A stretch of DNA of 64,000 nt from Eledone cirrhosa (GCA_964016885.1 OZ024760.1:2294001-2358000), one strand, 5' to 3'; shown: positions 36,559-50,345, counted from the stretch's first letter. The notes: generated from the sequence alone by a model not told the origin. Numbers and translations: made by a program.

Positions 36559-37198
36559 TTGTTGTTGTTGTTATGCACTTTATCATTTGTGTAAATCCTT
36601 CAAAATTCTACACTAACCCTCATGACACTGCGGGCAACAGAAGTCACCAATAGAGTAATTTCGCCTTAATACATAACACAGTGTCAAGGGAAGCAATTCA
36701 TGAAAAAAATATTCAGCCCCTTAAAGGTTAATAGTTGTAAGAGAGTATATTTCATTATAAATAGGGTTATGAAAGGGTTAAGAAAAAAATCAAAAAATCA
36801 GTATGATCTTGAACTGGTTTGTCCAGTAAAGGTTGGCCTAGGGATAAACAATAACACAAAGTTGATATTGAAAATAAACAAGAAATATACATACCTCATC
36901 AAAAACCGCTGTTTCTGATGCATTTTCTATAACTCTTGAGTAATGGCAAACACCTGTAACAATAGAAGAATGTAGACACATTAAATCTTATGAATTGACA
37001 TGGTTTGGGGAGGATAGTAATTCCATACACATATACATGTGTACATATATATATACATACATGTATATGTGTACATATATATACATACATATATGTAGAT
37101 TCATATATATGTATGTACACAGATTCAGATATGCAAACATGCATATGAACATACATGCATAAGAACATACATACATATGTACAAACATACATATATAC

Positions 37199-38694
37199 TT
37201 ACATACACACATACATATGTATAAACATACATATATACTTACATACACACATGGTGGCTGCCAACTCGTTTTCGAGTACGGCCACTACTTTATATCCATG
37301 TAGGAGAACCCCTACCGATGCGCTGAACGAGTGTGACTTTTTAGTCCAGCCAGCGACTTGAAAACTCTGGCACAAACACCCCACTGGTGACCATTATTGA
37401 CATATAGTGCTGGGCCCATGGTACATGTGATGACAAGTGCAGAGAGATCTCCAGATATAAAGCAATGCCTGTGCCGTGAAGCTTTTATAGTGAGCAAAGG
37501 CACTGCACAAAGCCAGTCCCACTCTCTTAACCAAGATGATATTTACCAAAAAGAAGAACAAGTCAACATCATTGGATATCATCAGAGTTGCAGGTGTTAT
37601 ATCAGAGTTTTCCTTCTCCTAGAATTCTGCCTTGACAAAGGCTAAGGGGTCATCTTTCCCTGTGATTTTGGATGGCCATTGACTCTTAAGAGCTCCTTTG
37701 CCCTTTGACAGGTCTTGTTTTTAGTCCTGCAGGATGTCCAAAGTCACCCTCCTCACCAAGAAACCTTGGTGGGGTTGCCAGTTTAGTCGCCAACGACCCG
37801 ACCATGAGACAGGTTGTACTGGGATACATGTTACCAGTAGCACCAACTGGTGACCAACTGGTGACCCGACATACACACATACATATATACAAACATACAT
37901 ATATACTTACATACACACATACATATGTACAAACATACATATATACTTACATACACACATACATATGTACAAACATACATATATACTTACATACACACAT
38001 GGTGGCTGCCAACTCGTTTTCGAGTACGGCCACTACTTTATATCCATGTAGGAGAACCCCTACCGATGCGCTGAACGAGTGTGACTTTTTAGTCCAGCCA
38101 GCGACTTGAAAACTCTGGCACAAACACCCCACTGGTGACCATTATTGACATATAGTGCTGGGCCCATGGTACATGTGATGACAAGTGCAGAGAGATCTCC
38201 AGATATAAAGCAATGCCTGTGCCGTGAAGCTTTTATAGTGAGCAAAGGCACTGCACAAAGCCAGTCCCACTCTCTTAACCAAGATGATATTTACCAAAAA
38301 GAAGAACAAGTCAACATCATTGGATATCATCAGAGTTGCAGGTGTTATATCAGAGTTTTCCTTCTCCTAGAATTCTGCCTTGACAAAGGCTAAGGGGTCA
38401 TCTTTCCCTGTGATTTTGGATGGCCATTGACTCTTAAGAGCTCCTTTGCCCTTTGACAGGTCTTGTTTTTAGTCCTGCAGGATGTCCAAAGTCACCCTCC
38501 TCACCAAGAAACCTTGGTGGGGTTGCCAGTTTAGTCGCCAACGACCCGACCATGAGACAGGTTGTACTGGGATACATGTTACCAGTAGCACCAACTGGTG
38601 ACCAACTGGTGACCCGACATACACACATACATATATACAAACATACATATATACTTACATACACACATACATATGTACAAACATACATATATAC
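37199..38694. repeat. Essentially exact 748-bp tandem duplication bounded by a 40-bp CA/TA minisatellite; the core resembles an RTE 5' UTR on the minus strand
   Basis: Identical ORFs are offset by 748 (37199/37947, 37312/38060, 37686/38434); minus-strand motif ctaggagaaggaaaactctga. Confidence 0.9.
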
Positions 38695-39354
38695 TTACAT
38701 ACACACATACATATGTACAAACATACATATATACTTACATACACACATACATATGTACAAACATACATATATACTTACATACACACATACATATATTCTT
38801 ACATATATATATATATACATACATATATACATACATGTATACATGCACACAAACACACACATGCTTGTACATTCAACCCTAGATTCCTATGGCTCTCTTA
38901 TATTCAGAAACATACTCTTACAGCTAATACAGACCAACAAACTACATACACTCCACTTTTCCCTTCACAGCTCTGTATACACACACACACCCCCTTATAT
39001 TAACATACTTTTGCTCATAGCTTCATACTTACAAGCACACACACAATCTTTTACTTACATATACACACACATATCCCCTTAGCTTTGTACAGACGTATAA
39101 TAACACACACATACACACACATGCATATGCATACGCACAAGTATAGCTCTTTATACAAAACGTTTTTTTTTCCATTTCAGGTAGACGCGCTCCATCATCC
39201 ACTTTTCTAAAAAAATAAATCATACACAAAACGCCAGCATCAACAGTTTTGCAAGAGATGTCAACATGAATGGACGACCTGTTATTTTTATCTAAAGACA
39301 TTTTTTCAAATTCCACCCCGCCCATCCCTTCAATCTTTCTAATTTCTCATTCTT

Positions 39355-39390
39355 TCTTCTGATGAAGGACTAGTGTCCGAAACGTTAAGA
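39355..39390 (+). ncRNA. Minimal type I hammerhead, family D
   Basis: tctt-CTGATGA-a-ggac[tagt]gtcc-GAAA-c-GTT-aaga, with palindromic aacgtt. Decayed relatives lie at 15716-15805 and 11836-11875. Confidence 0.75.
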
Positions 39391-39807
39391 CCCTCTTCCT
39401 GCTATTTGAAGTGTTAACCTAATATATTCCTTTCATATACTGTACTGATTGTGTTGTTATTTCTGTTTACCTTTTACACACACACACACACACACATATA
39501 TACATATATAGACACACACACACATATATACATATATACACACACACACACGCACATATACATTTGTACTAATAGACATGCTTATATACACACCACACAT
39601 AAACACTCATGTATACATGAATATTTATATCCATCCATCAATCCATATATATATATATCTCAGGAAGATTCAGCATGACAAAGAGCTCAACAAGTTAGGA
39701 TATTAGAATTACAAGTACAACTCATTATTACCGGCTTGAGTAAAATATTGTGAAATTTATGTCTTTCTTGCTCACAACACGCAGTGGCGGGAATAGATTA
39801 GCATTTA

Positions 39808-40587
39808 CAACCTTTAGCATTTACATTATTAAATATATTATATATATACTATTATATTTTCACAATAAAAGCTTTATCTTACATAATTATCTCACATAAT
39901 ATTGAATCTACGAGATTATACACTACACTATACTATATTATATTATACTACACTACACTATACTATAATATACTACACTATACTATGATACACTACACTA
40001 TACTACAATACATTATAATATACTACACTTTACTATACTATACTACACTATGCTATACTACACTATACTACACTACACTACACTATACTATATTACATTA
40101 TATTTTACCTCACACAATTATCTCACAAAATATCGAATCTATTAGATTTTGATATTATTTATTTTGAGAACAATACCTTAACATCAGTATGAGTGGCCAG
40201 TTACGGCCAGTTTGAACAGAAAGAGGTGAGAGAATTCTGGCTAGATACAGCCGGTATAAATGCTAAAGCGTTAAACATCCATTTATGGAATCAATTGGAC
40301 CATTTAGAATCAATAATGACTGAACACAGAATGTAATGGGCCTTAAACTTTTACCATTTAAACCAGCCATATCCGGCCAGAATTCTCTCACTTCTTTCTA
40401 TTCAAACCGGCAATAACTGGCTGCTCATGCTGATGTTCTCAAAATAAATAATATCAAAATCTGATAGTGTGACTGGGGGCTTTTTACTGTGACGCCTACA
40501 TGACCACTTCACAGTGTGAACTGGGGGCTTTTTACTGTGACGCCTACATGACCACTTTACAGAACAATGTAAATACTAAAAGGTTAA
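39808..40587. mobile_element. Two diverged piggyBac-type MITE copies (39808-40274 and 40343-40587)
   Basis: Same internal sequence as 45425-45653; the first has (TACAC)n inserted and the second two RTE 3'-UTR units. Confidence 0.7.
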
Positions 40588-41412
40588 CCGAAATGATGAT
40601 TTCTAATTTAGGTACAAGACCAGCAAATTGTGGGGAAGGGAACGGTAAGTCAATTATTTTGACCCCCAGTATATGACTGCTACTTTATTTTATCGACCGA
40701 GGAAATATGAAAGAGACAGTTAACCTCAGTGGTATTTCAAGTCAGAACACAGTGAGAGCCAGAATAAATACCATGAGTCATTGTATCTGATATTCTAAAG
40801 ATTCTGCAGATTCAATGCTTATGTTCTATATTCTATTCATTACCATTTGCCATTTCTCAATTTTACGTTGTTGATTTATCTGAAAGAATATTTGACATTT
40901 CCTGTGATGGATTGAAATTTCAGAACTTTGTGTAAATTGTGTAATAAATGGAATTACGCAATTAGTAGACAAAGAAATTAATATGAATTGAAGACCATCA
41001 TCATACATTCGGATGGGTTTCATTTACATGCATGGGTTGTATCCTAATACACGCTCCCTCTACTTGTTATGTACCATCATCGTCATCTCTATAAAATTTG
41101 TCCTGCAAATTGTAACCATCTTTGAGCAATTGTATTTGTTTCCTTGGGCAAGTTTCTCTATAAACTTTCATTTAAAATATGCTGATGTCAGTTTAAATAT
41201 ATAGTGTATGTATATTGTGTATTATTTCAGTATTGGTATGTTAATTTAGTTTGGGACTAATATATTTCATTTCACATATAATATGTATGTATAGTCCCTT
41301 AACTCCCAAGGGAATCGTAGAGGTGCCATATCGACATACAGCATTTCTAAGGCATTTTCTTCAAACCTGGCGGAGCCAATTTCTCTGAGAATTTCAGTGT
41401 GTTGAAATCTCC

Positions 41413-41455
<43 letters not shown>

Positions 41456-41602
41456 GTTAAGGGTGAAAGCAGGGATTCTTTGCTTAAAGTTTAATCTGTC
41501 CTTATAATAAATATTTGCTCTACAGTGTTATATATATTTATATATATATATATTATCCTTATCGAGCCCTCTTCATATTTTAGTTTTCACATTTATTATT
41601 AT

Positions 41603-41687
<85 letters not shown>

Positions 41688-41948
41688 TATATATATTATT
41701 ACTATATATATATATATTACTGTGTTATATATAATTCCTGTTCTATATAACCAAATTTGTTTAGATTTAAGTTGGTGACTTTGGACCATATTTGTAATAT
41801 GGTTCTTAATGTCATCTACATCCTTAGTTATTATAGTTTTATCCTCATTTTTATTATCCTATATCCTTGTAAGACATTAGTATATGTAAACCCCATATTC
41901 TTCAGAGTTTCTGGCTTGTATCTGCCGAAATTACTTCTTGTTGTTTTG

Positions 41949-41993
41949 ATTGCCCTGATGAGTCCTTAATAGGATGAAACATTGTCGGCTAAT
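41949..41993 (+). ncRNA. Minimal type I hammerhead with GUC triplet, family E
   Basis: attgcc-CTGATGA-gtcct[taat]aggat-GAAA-c-att-GTC-ggc(t)aat; (TA)n starts at about 42038. Confidence 0.8.
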
Positions 41994-42034
41994 AAAAAGT
42001 TTTGATGTATTAAAGGATTCTTTGTTTCACTCTC

Positions 42035-42086
<52 letters not shown>

Positions 42087-42210
42087 TAGAGATACAATTA
42101 AAAATTCAGTAACAATGAAGGGTAAAAGAGGCATTGAGAATAACATATTTTACCAATGAAACTAGTGAACTAACACACTATAACCTTATATATATAGGTG
42201 TCAATAGATG

Positions 42211-42278
<68 letters not shown>

Positions 42279-42604
42279 TCTATACACACCTTATACATAC
42301 ACATCTATACACACATATATGTGTGTGTGTATATACACATAGATGTAAGCATCATTCTTGTGTAGAAAACAACAACCAAGGAAATTCGATTCAATAAATT
42401 TGCAAAATTTAAATCAATGAAACAAAAACACAACAAAAACATAACAAAAACATAAGGAAAACTGTAACGAATTAACTATAAACATTCTTTCTATCCTTGT
42501 ATTTTCTTCCATTTTGTATAGAAAACATATTTCTATTTAGGTCACCATGTTTGTTGATCACTGCAACATAGTAATCAGCTTCTGTTGTGTCTATGTATTT
42601 GTGT

Positions 42605-43760
42605 CATCATCATCTGTTTAACATCCATTTTTCCACGCTAGCATGGGTTAGGCAGATTGTCCCGTTTGAGGCAAGTTGGGTCAAGTGACCGTGTCGTGTT
42701 CACACAGAACTGTTTCTGGCTTGATTTCTATGGCTGGATGTCCTTCCTAACAGCTACCACATTTACAGTGTGGTCTGGGCGCTTTTGTCGTGGCACCTAC
42801 ATGACCACTTTATAGTGTAGACTGGAAGCTTTTTGTCATGACATGTACATGACCACTTTACATTGTGGGCTGGGTGCTTTTTGTCATGACATCTACACAA
42901 CCACTTTACAGTGTGGGCTGGGTGCTTTTTGTTGTGACTCCTACATGACTACTTTACAGTGTAGACTGGGTGCTTTTTGTTGTGACTCCTACATGACTAC
43001 TTTACAGTGTAGACTGGGTGCTTTTTGTTGTGACTCCTACATGACTACTTTACAGTGTAGACTGGGTGCTTTTTGTTGTGACTCCTACATGACTACTTTA
43101 CAGTGTAGACTGGGTGCTTTTTGTTGTGACTCCTACATGACTACTTTACAGTGTAGACTGGGTGCTTTTTGTTGTGACTCCTACATGACTACTTTACAGT
43201 GTAGACTGGGTGCTTTTTGTTGTGACTCCTACATGACTACTTTACAGTGTAGACTGGGTGCTTTTTGTTGTGACTCCTACATGACTACTTTACAGTGTAG
43301 ACTGGGTGCTTTTTGTTGTGACTCCTACATGACCACTTTACAGTGTAGACTGGGTGCTTTTTGTTGTGACTCCTACATGACTACTTTACAGTGTAGACTG
43401 GGTGCTTTTTGTTGTGACTCCTACATGACCACTTTACAGTGTAGACAGTGCTTTTTGTTGTGACTCCTACATGACTACTTTACAGTGTGGGATGGGTGCT
43501 TTTTATTGTGACTCCTACATGACCACTTTACAGTGTGGGCTGGGAGCTTTATGTTGTGACACCTACACAAACACTTTACAGTGTGGGATGGGTGCTTTTT
43601 GTTGTGACACCTACATGACCCCTTTACAGTGTGGGCTGGATATGTTTTGTTCACAGTTTAAGGCTGGTATAGACAGGAGTGTGTGGGTGGAGGTATAGTG
43701 GGTGGGTGGAGGTGCCTGTTAGGTGTATGTGTGAGTCTGTGCACTCATGAAGGTGTGTCA
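42605..43760 (-). mobile_element. RTE 3' UTR/tail with an amplified internal repeat
   Basis: ttccacgctagcatgggttag and ggctggatgtccttcctaac match the reverse complement of 19310-19450. Confidence 0.8.
42766..43640. repeat. About 18 x 48-bp tandem array derived from the RTE 3' UTR
   Basis: Unit gtgtagactgggtgctttttgttgtgactcctacatgactactttaca; about two copies occur in the LINE at 19215-19310. Confidence 0.93.
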
Positions 43761-43892
43761 TATATAACATTGAATCCTTGTTTACCTATCACTACTGAAA
43801 GGAAACTTAAGAAATACAACAAAATAAATAAATAAATGGTTGGAACGATGGATAGATATATAGATAGACAGGTAGGTAGATAGATAGATAGA

Positions 43893-44503
43893 TTTCTATT
43901 TATTGCCACTAGGGCGCAAAAGAAGGGGACAAATACGAGGGGGGAGTTTACACAAAAAGGCGAGTAAAGAAAACAAATATATAATTAACAATAAAGTCCT
44001 CAATAGGGAGGGGGCGTTTGGGGGGAGGGGGGGTCGCACACACCCCCTAAAAAAGTGTGCAACCCCTTCTCCTCAGGAGCACAGAGAGAGGGTGCTCCCT
44101 CGTTCCTTCCTCTTTTCCACCTACAGGCTGATGTAGAGAGAAGGCCCATTCACACGGGCCATTCTCGCCACTTTCACCCACCTTTCATAAAAACGACTGG
44201 GGTTGAGCATCTCTCTCTCCATCCTGATCCTTCTTCCGAAGTGATATCGGAAGAAACGGATCAGTTGTTGGCCAGAGAGAAAGGTGCCTGACCTGAGTTC
44301 TTTCAGATGCGTCCATCATACAACCTCTTTCACCATGGCTATTACGCACAGAAACACCGCCTCTCCTTCATTTTTGAAGTAGGGAGGCGACTTAATCGTT
44401 ACAATGGCCTCGGTTGTCAACTGGATCGGTCCCACCCGTGATAGCAGTCGTTCGACATAGCCCCACAGTCCGGCTACGCCCGAGCAGTGTACCAATGCAT
44501 GTG
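43893..44503 (-). mobile_element. 3' fragment of Tx1-like family 2 (ORF2 C-terminus and 3' UTR) embedded in (GATA)n
   Basis: HALVHCSGVAGLWGYVERLLSRVGPIQL...ERWVKVARMARVNGPSL aligns to ORF 1679-2332; gata repeats abut both ends. Confidence 0.85.
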
Positions 44504-44684
44504 ATAGATAGATGGATAGATAGATAGATAGATAGATAGGTAGATAAATTGATAGATAGATAGATATGTGGATGTATAGATAGATAGATGGATAGATAGA
44601 TAGATGGATAGATAGGTAGGTAGACAGACAGGCAGGTAGCTATGTAGATGGATAGGTAGATAGACAGATAGCTAGCTAGCTAGC

Positions 44685-44719
<35 letters not shown>

Positions 44720-45424
44720 ACAAATAAATAAATAAATAAATAAATGGTAAATCTAAAATTATTGGAGAAATTTGATAGGGAATGTGAACAAAATTTAATA
44801 ATTCTATCTTTACAGTTCTATATTATCGTTTAATATGGTGCTACACTAATTTTTAAAAGCATTTTTCTTTTTCTTCCAGTTTTGTAAATATTCTGCACAT
44901 AAAATACGTATAAAATATACATAAAAATACACGTAATATATACACATAATTCAATAAAATAACAAACTTCCTTATAGATAATTCAGAAAACGCCTATGGT
45001 ACTTTCATAACAAAAAAAAAAACAAAAAAAAACATGAACAAAGTAAATAAACAAAAATATAAAATAAAATAAAATAAAAACTTAAAATCTAACAAATAAC
45101 TGAATAATTTTAATTTCCGTTCTCATGTATGGAAAAATATTACAAATATTCCTTTAAACCAATGAAAACATATTTGATATATTTTCCCTATTGTAGGTCA
45201 CAAGATCCGATGTATTGGAAGAGGAGAAGATGAGAATCTGTCTCCTGAGGAATAATTAATATTTCTATTATTCCATTAATCATTTACTGGTTTTCAGTCA
45301 TTAGATTGTGGCCACGCTGGAGCATTGTCACCCATCCAAGGGATTTATGATTTATTTTAGATGATCATATCATTCAGACTATGTTGTTTTCAAAATATAT
45401 AGAAATATTTGTTCAGTTAGTAGC

Positions 45425-45878
45425 TTAACCCTTTAGCATTTAAACCAGCCATAGCTGGCCAGAATTTTCTAACTTCTTTCTGTTTAAACCAGCTGTAATC
45501 AGCCACTCATACCAATGTTAAGGTATTTTTCTCAAAATAAATAATATCAAAATCTCAGAGATTCGATATCATGTGAGATAATTATGTAAGATAAAGCCTT
45601 TACTGTGGACATACAATAGTATATATAAAATAATGTAAATGCTAAAGGTTTAACCCTTTAGCATTTAAACCAGCCGTATGTGGCCAGAATTCTCTCACAT
45701 TTTTCTATTCAAACCGGCCATAACCGGCTGTTCATACCAATGTTAAGGTATTTTTCTAAAAAAGAATAATATCAAAATCTCATAGATTCGATATTGTGTG
45801 AGATAATTATGTAAGATTCAGCCTTTACTGTGAAAATACAATAATAAATATAGAGTAATGTAAATGCAAAAGGGTTAA
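45425..45878. mobile_element. Two tandem about 225-bp piggyBac-type MITEs sharing one TTAA; other copies at 46962-47190, 47655-47816, 48587-48706, 60601-60812 and 62945-63166
   Basis: TTAA-ccctttagcatttaaacc ... gtaaatgctaaagg(t)-TTAA-ccctttagc ... aaaggg-TTAA. Confidence 0.85.
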
Positions 45879-46141
45879 TGATACAAGCTGTTGACATGCA
45901 GTTTCAAAACTATGCTATCTATTCAATATTTTCTCTACTTCCAAAGAATGTCTCCCCTGAGGACAGAATAATTCTTCCAATATTGGTTATTTTACAGTAT
46001 TGAAATAATTAATGTTGTTTCTTTAATACCAGAAACCTCAGTGGGGTAGTATATGTTTTATTTAATAAAATTGTAGGAATCTGGAAGGCAGAAGTAGCTG
46101 TAAGACAACCAGCTGTTATTGTGCATAGAAAAAAGTTGGGT

Positions 46142-46268
46142 TAAGAGAAAGCTTTCGACAGAGTACCCCATGCCATAATCAAGTGGGCTCTTACAAAACT
46201 AGGAGTAGATGAGTGGTTTGTGAAGGCTGTGCAAGCGATGTATTGGGGAGCAGTCAGCAAAATTAGGG
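46142..46268 (+). mobile_element. Isolated internal RT fragment of the RTE family
   Basis: EKAFDRVPHAIIKWALTKLGVDEWFVKAVQAMYWGAVSKIR is homologous to 17947-18070. Confidence 0.85.
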
Positions 46269-49200
46269 CATCAGTGGTGCTACGTGCAGCAGTGTAATTT
46301 CTAAAACATTTTCCTCCAACAACATCTTAATATAATTGTTTCTACTTTTGGCACAAGGCCAGTAATTACCCCAGTGTATTACTGGTACTTTATTTTATCG
46401 ACCCCGTAAGGATGAAAGGCAAAGTTAACCTCGGCGGGATTTGAACTCAAATGGCAAGGGCCGTAACTCTATGCATCAAAGCATGGCGTCTGACCCTCTA
46501 CCGATGCTGCCAACCCAACAACTTAATATAATTGTTTCTACTTTTGGCACAAGGCCAGTAATTAACCCAGTGTATTACTGGTACTTTATTTTATCGACCC
46601 CATAAGGATGAAAGGCAAAGTTAACCTCAGCGGGATTTGAACTCAGACCGTAAAGGGACGTAACTATACTGGACCGTAAAGGGATGTAACTATACCCAAC
46701 ATCTTAATATAAAGAAATCATTGTATACAATGTTCTGGTGCACTACAGCTCATCAAAGGTGCATGTATAGTACATAGAATAATGTTGATTTACACCAACA
46801 CACTGCTTTGCAATACAGAACACTTCATGCTTCTGATACATCTCAAGATAGTTCATAAAAGGTTGTCGCATGAGAATTTCCAGTTGTCCTCTACAATATA
46901 TATATCTAGCTCATCGTCCTTCTCATCAAATGTATCCTGTTGGGCCTTTCTAAACCTATATTTAACTCTTTAGCATTTAAACCAGCCGTATCCAGCCAGA
47001 ATTCTCTCACCCCTTTCTGTTCAAACAGGCTGTAACCGGCCACTCATACTGATGTCAAGGTATTGTTCTCAAAATAAATAATATCAAAATCTCATAGATT
47101 CGATATTATGTGAGATAATTATGTGAAATAAAGTGTTTACCATGAAAATACAATAGTATATATAGAGTAATGTAAATGCTAGAGGGTTAAACAAGAAGTC
47201 CTTTAGCTCCCACACCTGTGTCTTAGTCACTGGACAAAAGAGACTGGGAGGACAAAAATAAAATCAACTCCTATTTATGTATAATATTAAATAATTTTTT
47301 CTTTGTTTTGTTGTGTTTTATTTATATATTTACTTATTGTTTTGTCTGTTGTTGTTTTTTTGTATATTCCCCACCCCCAACCTGCTCATTACTAATAACA
47401 TAAACATTCTTGAATAATTAATGAATACAATTCTGTTGCTAGAGTCTTGCTAATCTACGTTAATGGAATTACTTCCCACTCACTCTCACACATGCACACT
47501 GACATACACACACTCACACACGTACTCAAACACATATAAACTCACTCACACACATACTCAAACACAAATACACTCACACAGGCACTCAAATACACTCACA
47601 CACACTCAAACACTAACACACAAATACTCAAACACAAATACAATCACACACACTCACCTCTTTCTGTTCAAACTGGCCGTAACCAGCTGCTCATACTGAA
47701 GTTAAGGTATTGTTCTCAAAATAAATAACATCAAAATCTCATATATTCGATATTATGTGAGATAAAGCCTTTACCACAAAAATACAATAGTATATATAGA
47801 GTAATGTAAATGTTAAAGAGTTCGATACATACATTCTAAGACATATTTTTTTAATTTAATTTTTATAGAAATTAGATTGAGATTTGAGGAAAATTTGGTT
47901 GCTTTTTCTAGCACATCAAATAAACCACATAGAAACTTCCAGATATCTGTTACTGTCATTGTAATTACAGTTGGATTTTTGTTTCTGTTAAGAAGAAGCA
48001 TCAATACCAAATATGAAAATCTATTTTGGATAACAAGGAAGCTATCATTCTAAGACATGAAGAAAAAGGAAGTATTATTGATTTGAGAAAAACTACAAAT
48101 AATATTGGTGATGGTAATGGAACTCACTTGTATATTAGCTATGGAAATGTTAAATATGCAATTAAGATATATTGTGAACAACTAATATCAATTATTGACT
48201 CTAATTAAAATTAAATGTCATTAAAATTTAAATAATTATTTTTAAATATTTATTTTCTTAAATGCCTCAAATTCATGTTAAATCAATGATAAACATTGAA
48301 TTCTTTATTATATATAATCTTAAGCTTTTTTAAATATAATTAATTAAATATAGAAAATGTGAAATGTAAATGTCAATTATCAATTCTAATTAAAATTAAA
48401 TATAATTATAGTTCAAATTATTATTTTTTTAAATTCCTCTAATTTATGCTATCAATGATACACATTAATTCTTCATTATATATTATCTTAAGGCGTTAAC
48501 TTTGCCTTTCATCTTACGGGGTCGATAAAATAAAGTACCAGTACTGTACTGGGTAATTGCTGGCCTTGTGCCAAAAGTAGAAACAGTTTTTTATTTTGAG
48601 AATAATACCTTAACATAAGTATGAGTGGACGGTTATGGCCAGTTTGAACAGAAATAGGTGAGAGAATTCTGGCCGGATATGGCCGGTTTAAATGCTAAAG
48701 GGTTAAGGGGTTGATAAAATGAAGTACCAGTCAAGGACTGGGGTTGATTTAATCGAATTTCCCCCCCCCCCCCACCAACATTGCTGGCCTTGTGCCTATA
48801 TAAGAAACCATTATAGTAGTAGTAGTAGTAGGTAAGTATATAACTGTTTCTACATTAGGCACAAGGCCAGCAATTACCCAGTGTATTACTGGTACTTTAT
48901 TTTATCGACCTCGTGAGGATGAAAGGCAAAGTTAACCTCGGCGGGATTTGAACTCAGAATGGCAAGGGCCATAACTCTATGCTTCAAAGCATGGCGTCCG
49001 ACCCTCTACCAATACTGCCAATCCACCGCCACTTACAGTAGGTAAGTATATAACGTGGAGTATTAGTAGTTGTTAGTTAACTGTTATTATAAAATAGAAA
49101 GAGAGGAGCAAGAGAGAGAGGGGGAGATAGTGTCTGAGAGTGGGGCAGACATGTAGATAGATAAACAGAGATACAGACACAATGAGACAGAGAGAGAGTG

Positions 49201-49799
49201 AGAGCGAGTGAGAGAGAGAAGAGAAAGAGAGAGAGACAAAGAGAGAGAGAGAGACAGAGACAAAGAGAGAGAAAGAGCGAGGAAGAGAAAGAAAGAAAAA
49301 AGAAAGAAAGATCATAGTAATTAATTGTTTCTACTTTTTGGCACAAGGCCAGCAATTAACCAGTACATTACTGGTACTTTATTTTATCGTCCCCCGTAAG
49401 GATGAAAGGCAAAGTCAACCTCGGTGGGATTTGAACTCAGAATGGCAAGGGCCGTAACTCTGTGAGTCATGACAGCTTAAAGGTAAATTATGTTTCTAGA
49501 AAACAACAAAACCTTTTGTGTATTTCTGAGAGAAATAATATTTATCTATCGTACTGAAAATCTAAATCATGTATTAGTTTATAATTTATGGCAGTTAACA
49601 AGGCTATTTTATCGATGAACATCACCTGACAATAAATACTAGAAATTTCACAGGTAAATTACCTGTAATTAATGGTATTTTGTGTTTTAGAGTTACACCA
49701 TACTTGGTCACCTGTATTATTAGTGGCAAAGTGAATGGATATTTGGTTGGTTTCATTAATGGAAGTTGTTGTTGTTATATTTATTGTTGTGGTAGTGGT

Positions 49800-50064
49800 G
49801 TAATATATACATATATATATATACATACACATGTATATATATATATACTTATATATATATATATATACATATATAGAGATACATATGTATATATATATAT
49901 ATATACTTATATATATATATACATACATATATAGACATATATATGTATATATATACATATATATATACATACATATATATATACATACATACATGTATAT
50001 ATATACATACAAATATATATACATATACATACATACATATATATATACAAACATATATATGCAC

Positions 50065-50095
<31 letters not shown>

Positions 50096-50345
50096 CATAC
50101 ATTCATATATATATACATACATACATATATATATATACACATACATATATATATATACACATACATATATATATACACATGTATATATACACATACATAT
50201 ACATATATATATATACACATACATATACATATATACACATACTTATACATATATACACATACATATACACACATACATATACACATATATATACATACAC
50301 ATACATATGCATACACACACACATATATATATATATATACATATA
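49800..50345. repeat. (TA/CA)n low-complexity tract
   Basis: Directly visible. Confidence 0.9.

Noticed and set aside
42843-43463. 206-aa Cys-rich repeat ORF, and 241-aa ORF 50689-51414
   Set aside because: They arise from 48-bp and 117-bp tandem units that are multiples of three; the first is antisense RTE 3' UTR.
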